Notes: a model not told the origin generated them from the sequence alone. Shown: positions 28,554-40,249, counted from the first letter of the stretch. The stretch: DNA of 64,000 nt from Nitrospiraceae bacterium (GCA_050246315.1 JBFWWG010000013.1:1-64000), one strand, 5' to 3'. A program made the numbers and translations.

Positions 28554-29261
28554 ATGACGGATTTCTGGACTACGGCGCTGCTCGCCCCGTTAGAAACGCT
28601 GGCGAGGCAGATGCTTGAACTGCTCCCGAACATCCTTGCGACCGTCATCATTTTTTCAGCCGGGTTGGCGATCGCCTGGGTGTTGGGCAATGGAGTCGAG
28701 CGGTTTCTCCGTGCGATCGGCCTGGATCATCTCTGTAACCGGTTGGGACTCACCATGGCTTTGATCCGCGGGGGGGTGAAATACGATCCCTCCCATCTGG
28801 CCGGACGCGGCGCCTATTGGGTGGTGCTGCTCTCGGCCACGATTGCGGCCTTGGGGGCGCTCAATCTCCAACCCATCAATCAGTTCGCACAATCGTTTCT
28901 CGCCTACATGCCGCATCTGTTCGTGGCGGCGTTGATCCTGCTGGCGGGGTTCCTGCTCTCGAATTTCATCTCGCAGGCCGTCCTAATCGCCGCTGTCAAC
29001 GCGAACCTGCGGCCCGCCCGCATCATCGCAGCCGCCTCACGCTGGGGCGTCCAGTTGGTCGCGGTGGCGATGGCGCTGGAACAACTCGGGATCGCCCGCA
29101 ACATCGTCGTGGTCGGATTCGGCATCACGTTGGGCGGTCTGGTGCTGGCGGCTTCGATTGCCTTTGGCCTGGGCGCCAAGGATCTCGCAAAAGAATACCT
29201 TGAGCAACGGTTCTCGCACCGCCGCCCCGAAAACGGAGGCGACGACCTGCGTCATCTGTGA
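28554..29261 (+). CDS. Membrane protein with MscS-associated TM_helix repeats (CmpX-like)
   Basis: Two LP.I..A..I...G repeats; AFGLGAKD C-terminus; paralog of 57270-57977. Confidence 0.8.
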   Translation: MTDFWTTALLAPLETLARQMLELLPNILATVIIFSAGLAIAWVLGNGVERFLRAIGLDHLCNRLGLTMALIRGGVKYDPSHLAGRGAYWVVLLSATIAALGALNLQPINQFAQSFLAYMPHLFVAALILLAGFLLSNFISQAVLIAAVNANLRPARIIAAASRWGVQLVAVAMALEQLGIARNIVVVGFGITLGGLVLAASIAFGLGAKDLAKEYLEQRFSHRRPENGGDDLRHL

Positions 29262-29397
29262 ACCGGCTTCGTTGAGGCATTTGGCGACAGGCCGACCTGA
29301 AGGAATGACCAGTTCTGCCTCAGCAACTCCGTCCCGGTCTCTCCTCTGACCGATCAGGACCGGTCTCTGTCCGGGTTCCTCCGGTCCCGTCCCCTGC

Positions 29398-29413
29398 TGG
29401 CACTTCCTGTGCA
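29398..29413 (+). promoter_or_regulatory. Candidate sigma54 promoter
   Basis: TGGCACTTCCTGTGCA with GG-N10-GC spacing, 78 bp before the small ORF at 29492. Confidence 0.5.
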
Positions 29414-29491
29414 CAAGGCCCGACGGTCGGGCTTCTCGTCGCTACGGGTGTCCCTGTTGCGTCATGCAGAGGTTTCTGAAAGGAGTAGGCA

Positions 29492-29584
29492 ATGGACCAA
29501 TTGGCATGGCTCGCGCTGTTGGCGATCGTCATCGGTCTCATCGGGGTGGTGGTGTTGATCAAGGGACGAAAGTCGCGGCGATGA
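29492..29584 (+). CDS. 30-aa single-TM peptide (below the ORF-track cutoff)
   Basis: AAGGAG SD; MDQLAWLALLAIVIGLIGVVVLIKGRKSRR*. Confidence 0.65.
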   Translation: MDQLAWLALLAIVIGLIGVVVLIKGRKSRR

Positions 29585-29636
29585 ATCCTTATCAAGGCCG
29601 GCCCCGACATGGGACGAGGGCCGGATGGAGAGACCG

Positions 29637-30647
29637 ATGACCGTGTGGCTCATCTTATTCGGCAGTGCCGTGGTGATCGCCTATGCCGGCACGAAGCTCT
29701 CGCGCTACGGCGATGAGATCGCGGACCTCACCGGCCTCGGCCGACTCTGGATCGGCGTGGTGCTGATGGCGTCGGCAACGTCCTTGCCTGAGGTGTTCAC
29801 GACGGTCAGCGCAGCCTGGATCGATGTACCGGACCTCGCGGCGGGCGACCTCTTCGGGGCCGGCATGGCCAACATGTTGACGATGGGCGTGATCGACCAA
29901 CTGCATAGAAGGAAGAAGCTCTGGCAGAAGGCGGCGTTCGAACATGCGTTGGTCGCGGGGCTGGCGATGATTCTGACGGCGCTTGCGGCTTTCTTCATCT
30001 TGTACGGACCGGAGGTGGAACATGGCGGCATCGGCTGGGTCAGCCTGCTGCTGCCGACCTTGTATGTCCTCGGCATGCGGGTGGTCTATCGGCAGGAACT
30101 CGTCAAGCGCCGGGAACAGGAGCAGGAGTTGGTGGTCGAGGCCAGGGCGGAGGAGGAACCGCAACGGCTCAGCCGGCGGAAGGCGCTGAAACGGGCCGGG
30201 ATGAAATTTGCCGTTGCCTCGCTGGCCCTGTTGCTGGCCGCACCGTTGCTCGCCTCTTCCGCCGATCAGGTCGCCAAGCAAACCGGGGTGAGCGAGTCGT
30301 TCATCGGCACTTCGCTGGTGGCGATCACGACCACTCTGCCGGAGCTGATTACCTCGTTGGCCGCGGTGAGGCTCGGCGCCTTCGATCTCGCGGTGGGCAA
30401 TCTGTTCGGAAGCAACGCCTTCAACATGGCGGCCTTCGTGTTCGTCGATCTGGCCTATCGGCGAGGGCCGCTGTTCGGGGATCTGGACGGCGCCCATGCC
30501 CTCACCGCGCTGTGGAGTATCGTCCTGATGAGCATCGCGCTCATGGGTATCATCTATCGGGTCGAGAAGCGGGTCGCGCTGATCGAGCCGGATAGTCTTG
30601 TCATCATTCTGGGGTATCTCTTCGGGCTCTGGCTGTTATTTCCGTAA
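29637..30647 (+). CDS. Sodium:calcium exchanger (CaCA) family antiporter
   Basis: Alpha repeats ATSLPE...GDLFGA and TTTLPE...GNLFGSNAFN. Confidence 0.88.
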   Translation: MTVWLILFGSAVVIAYAGTKLSRYGDEIADLTGLGRLWIGVVLMASATSLPEVFTTVSAAWIDVPDLAAGDLFGAGMANMLTMGVIDQLHRRKKLWQKAAFEHALVAGLAMILTALAAFFILYGPEVEHGGIGWVSLLLPTLYVLGMRVVYRQELVKRREQEQELVVEARAEEEPQRLSRRKALKRAGMKFAVASLALLLAAPLLASSADQVAKQTGVSESFIGTSLVAITTTLPELITSLAAVRLGAFDLAVGNLFGSNAFNMAAFVFVDLAYRRGPLFGDLDGAHALTALWSIVLMSIALMGIIYRVEKRVALIEPDSLVIILGYLFGLWLLFP

Positions 30648-30651
30648 CGTC

Positions 30652-33426
30652 ATGACGAATCAGATCTCCGGCAACCAAGCGCGACCCTGGCACGTGATGG
30701 AGGTCGAGCCACTCTGTGCGCAGCTCGACGCCGACACCCGGTTCGGCCTGACGCAGGAGGACGCGGCTCGGCGGCTGCGGCAATACGGGCCGAACGAACT
30801 TCCCGAGGCTCCTCCGACATCGATCCTCACGCTCCTGCTGTCGCAGTTCACCAGCGTGATCATCTGGGTTTTGATCGGCGCCGCGGCGATCTCCGGCTGG
30901 TTGGAGGATTGGATCGACGCGGCGGCGATTCTCGCCATTGTGCTCCTGAACGGGCTGTTGGGGTTTGTTCAGGAGTATCGGGCGGAACAGTCCCTGGCGG
31001 CATTAAGACGTCTCACGATGGCCACGGCCAAGGTGCTGCGGAACGGAACGACTCGGTCGATCCCTGCACGCGAGTTGGTCCCCGGCGACCTGGTGTTGGT
31101 CGAGGCCGGCGACCAAATCCCGGCCGATGCCCGGCTGACCTATGTCGCCGGTTTTCAGGCGCAGGAAGCCTCGCTCACCGGAGAATCCGCACCGGTGCTG
31201 AAGCGCGCGGAGGATTTGGTCGGAGCGGACGCGCCGCTTGCCGAGCGGGCCAACATGGTGTTCATGGGCACGGTGGCCGTGTCCGGCAAGGGACGGGCGC
31301 TGGTCGTTGCGACCGGGATGCGGACCGAACTCGGGCGCATTGCCGCGATGATTCAAACCGCGGCGGAAGCGGAGCGGGTTGAGACCCCGCTGCAGCGGCG
31401 CTTAGAGCAGTTCGGCTACACGCTGTTGTGGCTCGCGCTCGGGGTCGTGGCGGTCGTGTTCGTGCTCGGCGAGCTGCGGGGCGAGCCGCCGGTGGCGATG
31501 TTCCTGACGGCGGTCAGTTTGGCCGTTGCGGCCGTCCCGGAAGGCTTGCCCGCCATCGTGACGATCACATTGGCGCTCGGCGTCACGCGCATGGTGAAGC
31601 GCCAGGCGCTGATCCGCAAACTGCCGGCGGTCGAAACGCTCGGCTCGGCGACGGTGATCTGCTCGGACAAGACCGGCACCTTGACCAAGAATGAAATGAC
31701 CGTGACCAGGCTCTTTATGGACGGGCAGATCTTCGAGGTGACGGGGGAAGGGTATCATCCGCAAGGGGACATCAGACCCGTTGAAGCGGCTGCGGCTTGG
31801 GCGGGAGAGCGTCACGGCTCGGCCAGCACGGAACCGCCGCCCGGCATACGGGAATTGCTGACGGCCGCGGTGCTCTGCAACGGGGCCATCTTGCAACAGA
31901 AGGACGGAGGCTGGCGCGTGCTGGGCGATCCGACTGAGGGCGCGTTGCTCGTTGCCGCGGCTAAGCTGAATCTGTGGAAGGACGAGCTGGAGTCCCGTTG
32001 CCGGTTCATCGGGGAGGTGCCCTTCGATCCTCAACGGAAGATGATGACGGTGGTCCGGCAAACCGGCGGTGAAGCGACGGCCTATGTGAAGGGTGCCCCG
32101 GACGTGTTGCTGCAACGCTGCACCGCTCGGATGACGCTGGACGGAAAGCGCGAACCTCTGACCGACGAGGAGCGGAAACAGATCCTGAATGCGAATGAGG
32201 CGTTCGCTCATGAGGCTTTGCGCGTGCTCGCGATGGCGGAACGGCAGACGATCAAGATTCCCCCGTCCTTGACGTCCGACGACCTTGAGCGCGACCTCGC
32301 GTTTCTCGGCCTCTCGGCGATGAAAGATCCCTTGAGACCGGAAGCCAAGGTGGCCGTGCAGGTCTGCCGCGAGGCGGGCATCCAAACCGTGATGATCACG
32401 GGCGATCACAAGGACACGGCGGTTGCCATTGCCCGAGAGCTGGGCATTCTGGACGGTGATCGTGCGGCCCTGTCCGGGGTCGAGCTGGACCGATTGAGCG
32501 ACGAGCAGTTGGGCGCTCGCATTGAGCAGGTCGGCGTCTACGCCCGGGTGTCTGCGGAGCACAAGCTGCGCATCGTGAAGGACTGGCGATCGCGCGGCGC
32601 CGTCGTCGCGATGACGGGCGACGGCGTCAACGATGCGCCGGCCATCAAGGAGGCGGACATCGGCGTCGCCATGGGGATCACCGGCACGGACGTCACCAAG
32701 GAAGCTTCCGACATGGTCATCATGGACGACAACTTTGCGTCGATTGCCGCGGCCGTCGAGGAGGGGCGGGGCATCTTTGACAACATCCGCAAGACCATCC
32801 ATTTTCTGCTTTCCTGCAATGTCAGCGAAGTGCTGGTGATGCTATTTGCGACGCTGATCGGACTGCCGCTTCCCCTGCTGCCCATTCAGATTCTGTGGAT
32901 GAACCTCGTGACGGACGGGTTCCCGGCCTTGGCACTGGCCGTGGACCCCAAGGCTCCAGACTTGATGCGACAGCCGCCACGACGGCCGGACGATCGGCTG
33001 TTGGACCGAGGCAGATTGCTCGCCATCGGCGGACAGGGTCTGATGATGGCCGTCATTGCTTTGGGGGCCTTTGCCTATTGCCTCTATGGCTTGGGACAGG
33101 AGTTGGAGCAGGCCCGGACCGTCGTCTTTACGGTCATGGTTCTGGCCCAGTTGGTGCATGCCTTCAATTGCCGGAGCGCGGACCATTCGCTGTTTAGATT
33201 GGGCGTGACGACCAATCCTCAGCTTGTATTGGCATTCGGACTCTCGCTCGGCGCGCAACTGGGGATTCTCTTGGTGCCGCACGCGGCCTCCCTGTTTAAG
33301 GTGGGAGCGCTCCCGCTGGCCGACTGGGGATTGATCGCGTTCCTCGGTCTGATGCCCTTGTTCATCATGGAGATTTGGAAGGTTGTCAAAAGTGGCAAGA
33401 CCAACATCAGGGTCGGCCTGGGGTAA
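30652..33426 (+). CDS. Cation-translocating P-type ATPase (type IIA, Ca2+-like)
   Basis: LTGES, PEGL, DKTGT, KGAPD, TGDGVND, NLVTDG. Confidence 0.95.
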   Translation: MTNQISGNQARPWHVMEVEPLCAQLDADTRFGLTQEDAARRLRQYGPNELPEAPPTSILTLLLSQFTSVIIWVLIGAAAISGWLEDWIDAAAILAIVLLNGLLGFVQEYRAEQSLAALRRLTMATAKVLRNGTTRSIPARELVPGDLVLVEAGDQIPADARLTYVAGFQAQEASLTGESAPVLKRAEDLVGADAPLAERANMVFMGTVAVSGKGRALVVATGMRTELGRIAAMIQTAAEAERVETPLQRRLEQFGYTLLWLALGVVAVVFVLGELRGEPPVAMFLTAVSLAVAAVPEGLPAIVTITLALGVTRMVKRQALIRKLPAVETLGSATVICSDKTGTLTKNEMTVTRLFMDGQIFEVTGEGYHPQGDIRPVEAAAAWAGERHGSASTEPPPGIRELLTAAVLCNGAILQQKDGGWRVLGDPTEGALLVAAAKLNLWKDELESRCRFIGEVPFDPQRKMMTVVRQTGGEATAYVKGAPDVLLQRCTARMTLDGKREPLTDEERKQILNANEAFAHEALRVLAMAERQTIKIPPSLTSDDLERDLAFLGLSAMKDPLRPEAKVAVQVCREAGIQTVMITGDHKDTAVAIARELGILDGDRAALSGVELDRLSDEQLGARIEQVGVYARVSAEHKLRIVKDWRSRGAVVAMTGDGVNDAPAIKEADIGVAMGITGTDVTKEASDMVIMDDNFASIAAAVEEGRGIFDNIRKTIHFLLSCNVSEVLVMLFATLIGLPLPLLPIQILWMNLVTDGFPALALAVDPKAPDLMRQPPRRPDDRLLDRGRLLAIGGQGLMMAVIALGAFAYCLYGLGQELEQARTVVFTVMVLAQLVHAFNCRSADHSLFRLGVTTNPQLVLAFGLSLGAQLGILLVPHAASLFKVGALPLADWGLIAFLGLMPLFIMEIWKVVKSGKTNIRVGLG

Positions 33427-33525
33427 GGGTTAGCCAGGGCTGTGATCGGTTGTGAGCCGGCAGTAGGAGGCAGAGAATGGGTCGAGAGATCATTGTCGGG
33501 CGTCTATTCTGAAAGGAGGTTCGCC

Positions 33526-33726
33526 ATGTCCGTTGCAAAAGTCATCGAGCTCAGTTGCGATTCGCCCCACAGCTTTGAAGATGCCATCAAACAGGGCATC
33601 GACAAGGCATCGAAGACTGTCCGGAACATCAAGGCAGCGTGGGTCAAGGAGCAGCAGGTCGTCGTCGAGGGGAACAAGGTGTTGGCCTATCGGGTCGATC
33701 TCAAGATCACGTTCGTACTGGATTAG
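33526..33726 (+). CDS. Dodecin family protein
   Basis: AGGAGG SD; SVAKVIEL...S..SFEDA...ASKTVRNI..AWVKE...YRV..KITF. Confidence 0.9.
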   Translation: MSVAKVIELSCDSPHSFEDAIKQGIDKASKTVRNIKAAWVKEQQVVVEGNKVLAYRVDLKITFVLD

Positions 33727-33925
33727 GCCGGCGTCATAGGTTGTTCCGACTGGCTGAACTATCTGACTGTTCGCTGAGCAGCACGCAGGTCGGCTCGTCG
33801 CTTGGAGACTGACCGGGGTTCGGGGCTCGATTGCCTCCGCGATCGAGCCCGGGCGACGGCTGAAAAGGTTCAGAAAGCGCTGAGGAGAGATGGGCAGGAC
33901 CCATATCCATACAGGAGGTCACGTC

Positions 33926-34186
33926 ATGGCAGCAAGGAAAGCTCGATTGCGTTCCGGAGGGAGCGGAAAAAATAAGCAGAGCGGCGTCACCGCGAATCCG
34001 CTGGCCAGGGCTGTGGCGGCGGCCAAGACCATGAAGAAGAAGGGGCGAGTGACGGCTGCGTTGAGCAAGCCTCATCGGGGAACCTCGGACACGACTGCGC
34101 TGGCACGAAAGGTTTCGGCTGCGAAGAGAGGCAGAAAAAAGGAGCAGGTCACAGAAGCGCTGGAGGAGTCTCAGCGGCGCCGGTGA
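33926..34186 (+). CDS. Small Lys/Arg/Ala-rich hypothetical protein
   Basis: AGGAGG SD before the ATG; strongly basic sequence. Confidence 0.5.
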   Translation: MAARKARLRSGGSGKNKQSGVTANPLARAVAAAKTMKKKGRVTAALSKPHRGTSDTTALARKVSAAKRGRKKEQVTEALEESQRRR

Positions 34187-34338
34187 TCCCGTCGAGCCTC
34201 GGAAGACCCGTATGGACGGGTTCCCTGGTGCCGGCGCCCCGTTCAGCCAGGCCGAGGTTCTCCAGCAGTTCGAGGTCCAGAACGAAGTCCATCCTCGGGA
34301 TGCGGTCCTTCGCATGGACCTGCGACGGTCGGTGAGGG

Positions 34339-36510
34339 CTAAGCGTTTCCATTTCCGACGTCCGAAGCAAACGTCCGCGGCTGGCTCCGGAGTTTCAGCA
34401 CGGCGATGGCCCGCGCGCTGAGTGCGTATCGTTCGCCTCCTTTGATCACGGCGACTTCCCGCTGGTGTCCGTGATTCCACGAGGTGTCGAGCACCGATTG
34501 CCAGCGCACGCCGCGTTTATGCGCGGGCAGGGTAAAGTCCAACGGCTCGTGATGCGCATTCAGCAGAATCAGGAGGGTATCGTCGATGAGCCGCCGGCCT
34601 TTTTCATCGGTCTCCTCGATCGCATCGCCCGCAAGCCGCAGCGCGAGCGAGCGGACGAATCCTCCCTCCCAATCCTCGTCCGTCATCTCCTTGCCGTCGG
34701 GGCGGAACCACGCCAGATCCTTCGCCTCCGAACCTCGAATGTGCCGTCCCTGAAAAAATCGGCGTCGGCGCAGGACCGGATGCTGCTTGCGGAGTGCAAT
34801 CAGGTGCCGGGTAAATTCCAGCAGGTCTCGCTTCGGTTGGTCCAAATGCCAATCGAACCAACTGAGGTCGTTGTCCTGGCAATAGGCGTTGTTGTTGCCC
34901 CGTTGGGTTCGGCCGATCTCATCGCCGCCGCACAACATCGGAATGCCTTGCGAGAGCAGCAGGATCGCTAAGAAGTTGCGCTTTTGTCGCTCACGCAATT
35001 CCAGAACGGTCCGGCCGTTGGTCGGGCCTTCTATGCCGCAGTTCCAGCTCAAGTTGTCGTCCGTCCCGTCGCGATTCTGCTCGCCGTTGGCATCGTTGTG
35101 CTTGTGGTTATAGGACACCAGATCATGGAGTGTGAACCCGTCGTGGGCCGTGACGAAGTTCACGCTGGCGAAGGGCCGCCGGCCGCTGGCGGCATAGAGA
35201 TCGCTGCTGCCGGTCAGGCGATAGCCCAACTCCGCCACCTGGCCCCCGTCGCCTTTGACGTATCGCCGAATGGTGTCCCGATACAGGCCGTTCCACTCGG
35301 CCCAGCCGACGGGGAAGTTGCCGACCTGGTAGCCGCCTTCGCCGAGGTCCCAGGGTTCGGCAATCAGCTTGACCTGCGAGAGGATCGGGTCTTGGTGGAG
35401 AATGTCGAAGAAGGCGCTCAGCCGATCGACTTCGTGCAGCTCGCGCGCCAAGGCCGACGCAAGATCGAAACGAAATCCGTCCACGTGCATCTCGGTCACC
35501 CAATAGCGCAGACTGTCCATAATCATTTGGAGGGTTCGTGGGTGGGTGACGTTCAACGTGTTGCCGCAGCCGGTATAGTCCATGTAATACCGTTTGTCGT
35601 CGGTCACGAGGCGGTAGTAGGAGGCGTTGTCGATCCCGCGGAACGACATCGTCGGTCCCAAATGGTTCCCCTCGGCCGTATGGTTGTACACCACGTCCAG
35701 GATGACCTCGATGCCGGCGCTGTGCAACGTCTTGACCATCGTCTTGAATTCGCGCACGTGCCGGCCGCGGATAGGGGATACGGCGTAGCGGATATCCGGC
35801 GCAAAATACCCGATCGTGTTGTAGCCCCAGAAGTTGGTGAGACCTCGATCGGATAGATGCTTGTCGCGAACGAACTGATGCACCGGCAGGAGTTCGATCG
35901 CCGTCACGCCCAAGTTCACCAAATGGTCGATCACCGCGGGGGTCGTGAGGGCTGAGTAGGTGCCGCGCATGTGGTCCGGGACGTCCGGATGGCGGGCCGT
36001 CATCCCCTTGACGTGGGTTTCATAGATAATCGTCTTCTCCCACGGAATCTTCAACGGGCGGTCGCCGCCCCATGTGAACGCGGAGTCGATCACGACGCAC
36101 TTGGGTACATTACCGGCATTGTCCCGTGTATCGAAGGCCATGTCCGCGTCCGGGTGGCCGATCGGATAGCCGAACATGGCATCCGACCATTCGAAGAGGC
36201 CGCCGATGGATTTGGCGTAGGGGTCGATCAGGAGCTTGTTCGGATTGAATCGATGACCGTCGGCCGGCTCATAGGGACCCTGTACCCGGTATCCGTAATG
36301 TTGGCCCGGCCACAGTCCGGGGATATAGACGTGCCAGATCTGGTCGGTACGCTCTTCGAGTTTGATCCGATGCGTCTCCTGCGTGGCGCGCGGGCCGTCA
36401 TAGAGACACAGCTCGACTCCGGTTGCATTTTCGGAGTACAGCGCGAAATTGACTCCCTCCCCGTCCCATGTGGCCCCGAGGGGGTAAGGTTTTCCCGGCC
36501 AGACTCTCAT
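34339..36510 (-). CDS. glgX: Glycogen debranching enzyme
   Basis: [53 protein letters not shown]. Confidence 0.97.
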   Translation of the reverse strand: MRVWPGKPYPLGATWDGEGVNFALYSENATGVELCLYDGPRATQETHRIKLEERTDQIWHVYIPGLWPGQHYGYRVQGPYEPADGHRFNPNKLLIDPYAKSIGGLFEWSDAMFGYPIGHPDADMAFDTRDNAGNVPKCVVIDSAFTWGGDRPLKIPWEKTIIYETHVKGMTARHPDVPDHMRGTYSALTTPAVIDHLVNLGVTAIELLPVHQFVRDKHLSDRGLTNFWGYNTIGYFAPDIRYAVSPIRGRHVREFKTMVKTLHSAGIEVILDVVYNHTAEGNHLGPTMSFRGIDNASYYRLVTDDKRYYMDYTGCGNTLNVTHPRTLQMIMDSLRYWVTEMHVDGFRFDLASALARELHEVDRLSAFFDILHQDPILSQVKLIAEPWDLGEGGYQVGNFPVGWAEWNGLYRDTIRRYVKGDGGQVAELGYRLTGSSDLYAASGRRPFASVNFVTAHDGFTLHDLVSYNHKHNDANGEQNRDGTDDNLSWNCGIEGPTNGRTVLELRERQKRNFLAILLLSQGIPMLCGGDEIGRTQRGNNNAYCQDNDLSWFDWHLDQPKRDLLEFTRHLIALRKQHPVLRRRRFFQGRHIRGSEAKDLAWFRPDGKEMTDEDWEGGFVRSLALRLAGDAIEETDEKGRRLIDDTLLILLNAHHEPLDFTLPAHKRGVRWQSVLDTSWNHGHQREVAVIKGGERYALSARAIAVLKLRSQPRTFASDVGNGNA

Positions 36511-36905
36511 AGACAATCCTTTTCGCTCTCAGTCCACATGATTCGTGAACGCTTCTACTCCAACCACCGTCCGACTCGTTGCGCTGAGCTTGCAACGTGT
36601 GAAACGTCACAAACCGTCATGAATCATGTGGGGTGTGGCGGTGGTCGTGGTCATGGTGATGCACAATTACTAAAGGGGGATTGGGCCACTATGCAAGGCC
36701 TCACTCAAGAAATCTCCAGACCGGCTGGAGTCTGCGGGAGGCATCTGGCAGACTGCGGAGGAGTCGGCGTGGAATGGGGAGAAAAGCGAGCAGGATCACG
36801 GCGGGCGCCAAAGTACTGAAAAACCGTGAATAGCCCGTGGGGCTAGCGAACGTTCGATCAGGAGAATAAATCCCTGGTGGCGTTCTCCAGCGGCGTCAAG
36901 GGGAA

Positions 36906-36954
36906 GGGACTGTGCCCGATGAGTCGCCGGTTCAACCGAAGGTTGGTGTAGAGG
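36906..36954 (+). repeat. Partial second copy of the 28469-28548 leader, upstream of treZ
   Basis: 44/49 identical to 28500-28548; ends at the SD 5 bp before ATG 36960. Confidence 0.85.
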
Positions 36955-36959
36955 CATCC

Positions 36960-38846
36960 ATGTTTGATGAATCCAGGCAGGTCAGACAACTCGATTTTGG
37001 GGCGCAATACCTGAAAGACGATTCCGCGCGGTTCCGTGTCTGGGCGCCTCGGGCCAAGGAGGCAGCGGTCCGGTTGATCGGCGCCGCTCCCAGGCTGGTG
37101 TCGATGAAGGCCCAAGCCCACGGCTATTTCGAGGCACTCGTTCCCCAGGTCCGGCCCGGCGACCGCTACCTCTATCGGCTGGACGACCGGATCGAGCGGC
37201 CTGACCCGGCATCGCATTGTCAACCAGATGGGGTCCACGCTGCGTCCGCGGTCGTAGACCAGTCGGCGTTTCATTGGACCGATCAGGGGTGGCGCGGGTT
37301 GCCGCTCGAGGATCTGATCCTCTACGAACTGCACGTCGGCACCGCCACCCATGACGGTACCTTCGAGGCCGTCATTCCGCTGCTGGATTATCTCAAGCAG
37401 GAGGTCGGGATCACGGCAATCGAGTTGATGCCGGTCGCGCAGTTTCCGGGGCGGCGCAATTGGGGCTACGACGGCGTCTATCCCTTTGCGCCGCAATGGT
37501 CCTATGGCGGGCCGCAGGGTCTCAAGCGGCTCGTCGATGCCTGCCATGCCAAGGGACTCGCGGTGGTGCTGGATGTCGTCTACAACCATCTCGGTCCGGA
37601 GGGGAACTATCTCGGCGAGTTCGGCCCCTACTTTACCGATCATTACCGGACGCCCTGGGGTTCGGCCATCAATTACGACGGCCCGGAGAGCGATGAAGTC
37701 CGGCACTATGTCGTGAGCAACGCGCTCTACTGGGTGACGGAATACCATATCGATGCCCTTCGCCTGGATGCCATTCACGGGATCTACGATTTCAGCGCCC
37801 GGCATATCTTGGACGAGATCGGATCGGCGGTGCACGACCAGGCCGCCAAGTTGGGCCGGCGCATCCTGGTGATTGCCGAAAGCTCGTTGAACGACGTCCG
37901 GATCATCGCCCCCGAGAATCAAGGCGGTTATGGGTTGGATGCCCAGTGGAACGACGATTTTCACCATGCGCTTCGCACGACGGTGCTGAACGAGCGGGCC
38001 GGCTATTACGAGGATTTCAATGGCCTTCCCGATCTGGCGACGGCACTGCAAAACGGATTCGTCTATGTCGGACAATATTCGCCGTTCCGGCGGCGCCGAC
38101 ACGGCAATGCCTCCCGCGGGCGCCCTCCCGCGCAGTTCGTCGTCTTTGCTCAGAATCACGATCAAATCGGCAACCGGGCGCTGGGCGACCGTCTCTCCAC
38201 GCTGGCGCCGTTCGAGGCGCTCAAGGTTGCCGCGGCTGCTGTCATCTTGAGCCCCAATGTACCGATGCTGTTCATGGGAGAGGAATACGGAGAGCCCGCG
38301 CCGTTTCAATATTTCATCGAGCATGAGGATGCGGATCTCATCGAAGCGGTTCGGCGAGGGCGGCAGGCAGAGTTCGCCTCGTTCGGTTGGCGGCAGGGGT
38401 TGCCCGATCCGCAGGATGCCGCAACCTTTGATCGGTCGCGTCTCCGGATGGACCGGCGCATGCAGGGGCGGGGCGCGGAGCTGCTGCGTTGGACGAGAGC
38501 CCTGATCCATGTGAGAAAAACCGTTCCCAGTTTAGGGGCGGCGATGTCGGAACGGCACCGGCATCAGGTCCGCCTGATCGCCGCCTCCCAGGTGTTGTCG
38601 GTACATCGAGCCTGCAAGGGCGAGCAGCCGGCGCTCATTCTGCTGAGCTTCAATCCGACGCCGGTCTCGCTCACGCTCCACGATCCGGTCGGCCTGTGGC
38701 GACTGTGCCTCGAATCAGGACATCCTGAATTTGGCGGATCTGAAGCTGAACGGCTCCCGTCCGAAATTCGTATCACACCCGACGGGGTGGTTTTGCACCT
38801 GTCGGCCTATTCGGCCGGCGTGTTTCTAGCCGACAAGACGGCATAA
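36960..38846 (+). CDS. treZ: Malto-oligosyltrehalose trehalohydrolase
   Basis: FRVWAP, YELHVGT, RNWGYDGV, LRLDAIH, QWNDDFHH, QNHDQIGNR, LFMGEEYG. Confidence 0.96.
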   Translation: MFDESRQVRQLDFGAQYLKDDSARFRVWAPRAKEAAVRLIGAAPRLVSMKAQAHGYFEALVPQVRPGDRYLYRLDDRIERPDPASHCQPDGVHAASAVVDQSAFHWTDQGWRGLPLEDLILYELHVGTATHDGTFEAVIPLLDYLKQEVGITAIELMPVAQFPGRRNWGYDGVYPFAPQWSYGGPQGLKRLVDACHAKGLAVVLDVVYNHLGPEGNYLGEFGPYFTDHYRTPWGSAINYDGPESDEVRHYVVSNALYWVTEYHIDALRLDAIHGIYDFSARHILDEIGSAVHDQAAKLGRRILVIAESSLNDVRIIAPENQGGYGLDAQWNDDFHHALRTTVLNERAGYYEDFNGLPDLATALQNGFVYVGQYSPFRRRRHGNASRGRPPAQFVVFAQNHDQIGNRALGDRLSTLAPFEALKVAAAAVILSPNVPMLFMGEEYGEPAPFQYFIEHEDADLIEAVRRGRQAEFASFGWRQGLPDPQDAATFDRSRLRMDRRMQGRGAELLRWTRALIHVRKTVPSLGAAMSERHRHQVRLIAASQVLSVHRACKGEQPALILLSFNPTPVSLTLHDPVGLWRLCLESGHPEFGGSEAERLPSEIRITPDGVVLHLSAYSAGVFLADKTA

Positions 38847-38982
38847 CGGGACATGGTGACGTTCATCAACGGCCGGTCGCATTGCGGATGCGACGGATTC
38901 GACTGACAGACTGTTGAAAAAACTTTCGAGTACCCGTAAAGGCCGCCCCAGCAACCGATTACGGACGATCTCAGAACCCTGT

Positions 38983-39238
38983 GCAGGATGGTAAAAAGGC
39001 CGTCTTTCTCGCCCGCCCAACCCCGCCGCGCCGAAACGCGCCTCTCCACGGGCGCGGCCGCAGCGAGCAGAAGTACGGATGTCCGTCACTTGTCATTCGT
39101 TACTCGTCAAACGAATCTGGACGGCAGCGCTTTGCACCCTGGCTTCTTCATCGTCGTTCGGTTGACGGCTGACGATTGACGTATGACGACCAAACCAAGA
39201 AGCGAGAACAAAGCTGGCGGACTTGTTCAACATCCTGC
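38983..39238. mobile_element. MITE-like non-coding element with imperfect terminal inverted repeats
   Basis: GCAGGATGGTAAAAAGGCCGTC ... GGCGGACTTGTTCAACATCCTGC; extra related end CAGACTGTTGAAAAA at ~38907. Confidence 0.75.
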
Positions 39239-39358
39239 TAGTGTCCTGACTCAGAAATTCGTCGAAGAAGTCCAGCAGATGAAGTTGTCATCAATCAAGC
39301 AGTTGGCTACTAAAATTATGATGCGAACTTCGGAGTCAGGACACTAGGGAGGTAGGTC

Positions 39359-40249
39359 ATGACGGAGGCGGTACTGGCGCGCGTGGTGGAGCGGTCGCTC
39401 TATTGGCTGACGACGTCCGGATTGCGGGTGGTCCTGATCGGTGTGGTGATGCTGGTGTTGCTGACCGTGATCAGACGGCTCACGGGGAAGCTGCGGCTGC
39501 TCTATGAAGGCCGACTGCCGGATCCTGCCGAAATCAAACGCGCCGACACCGTGACGCACGTGGTGCGTGATGTGGCACGGGTTGTGGTGACGACCGTCGG
39601 CACCATGATGATCTTGTCGGAAGTCGGGGTGGATCTGAAGCCGCTTCTGGCCGCGGCAGGCTTGGGCGGGTTGGCTATCGGGTTTGGCGCGCAGAGCTTG
39701 GTGAAGGATGTGATCTCCGGATTCTTCATTCTCTTGGAGGATTCCGTGCGAGTCGGCGACGTCGTCGAGATCGCCGGCATCAGCGGGTTGGTCGAGGATG
39801 TCGCGTTGCGGACCATCACCTTGCGGGACGGCGCCGGTCACGTACACGTGATCCCCAATGGCACCGTAGACAAGGTTAAGAACATGAGCAAGGACTTTGC
39901 GGTCTACATGCTCGACGTGGGTGTGGCGTACCGAGAGGACGTGGACGAAGTGATGGCGCTGTTGAAAGAGCTGGGGGCCGACATGCAGGCCGACCAGACC
40001 TATGCCGAGGACATTCTGGCGCCGCTGGAGATGTTGGGTGTTGATCGATTTACGGAGTCCGCCGTCATCATTAAATGCCAGATCAAGACCAAACCCAACC
40101 AACAGTGGCGGATCGGCCGAGAGATGAATCGGCGAATCAAGATGACCTTCGATGCCAAGGGGATCGAGATGCCCTTCCCCCACCGGACGATCTATTGGGG
40201 AGAGCCCAAGAAAGGAATCCCTGCGACCTTGTACGTTCGGCAACTGTAG
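39359..40249 (+). CDS. Small-conductance mechanosensitive channel family protein (YbiO-like)
   Basis: GLAIGFGAQSLVKDVISGFFI, VGDVV, HVIPNG, GIEMPFP. Confidence 0.93.
   Translation: MTEAVLARVVERSLYWLTTSGLRVVLIGVVMLVLLTVIRRLTGKLRLLYEGRLPDPAEIKRADTVTHVVRDVARVVVTTVGTMMILSEVGVDLKPLLAAAGLGGLAIGFGAQSLVKDVISGFFILLEDSVRVGDVVEIAGISGLVEDVALRTITLRDGAGHVHVIPNGTVDKVKNMSKDFAVYMLDVGVAYREDVDEVMALLKELGADMQADQTYAEDILAPLEMLGVDRFTESAVIIKCQIKTKPNQQWRIGREMNRRIKMTFDAKGIEMPFPHRTIYWGEPKKGIPATLYVRQL

Noticed and set aside
36598..36611. CRP-like TGTGA/TCACA palindrome between glgX and treZ
   Set aside because: Spacer is 4 bp rather than 6; single occurrence and no assignable factor.
36861..36930. Fluoride riboswitch (GGAGA...TTCTCC...GATGA) upstream of treZ
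   Set aside because: The GGNGATGG core and AAC/CTRATG spacing do not match; better explained as the partial copy of the 28469 leader.
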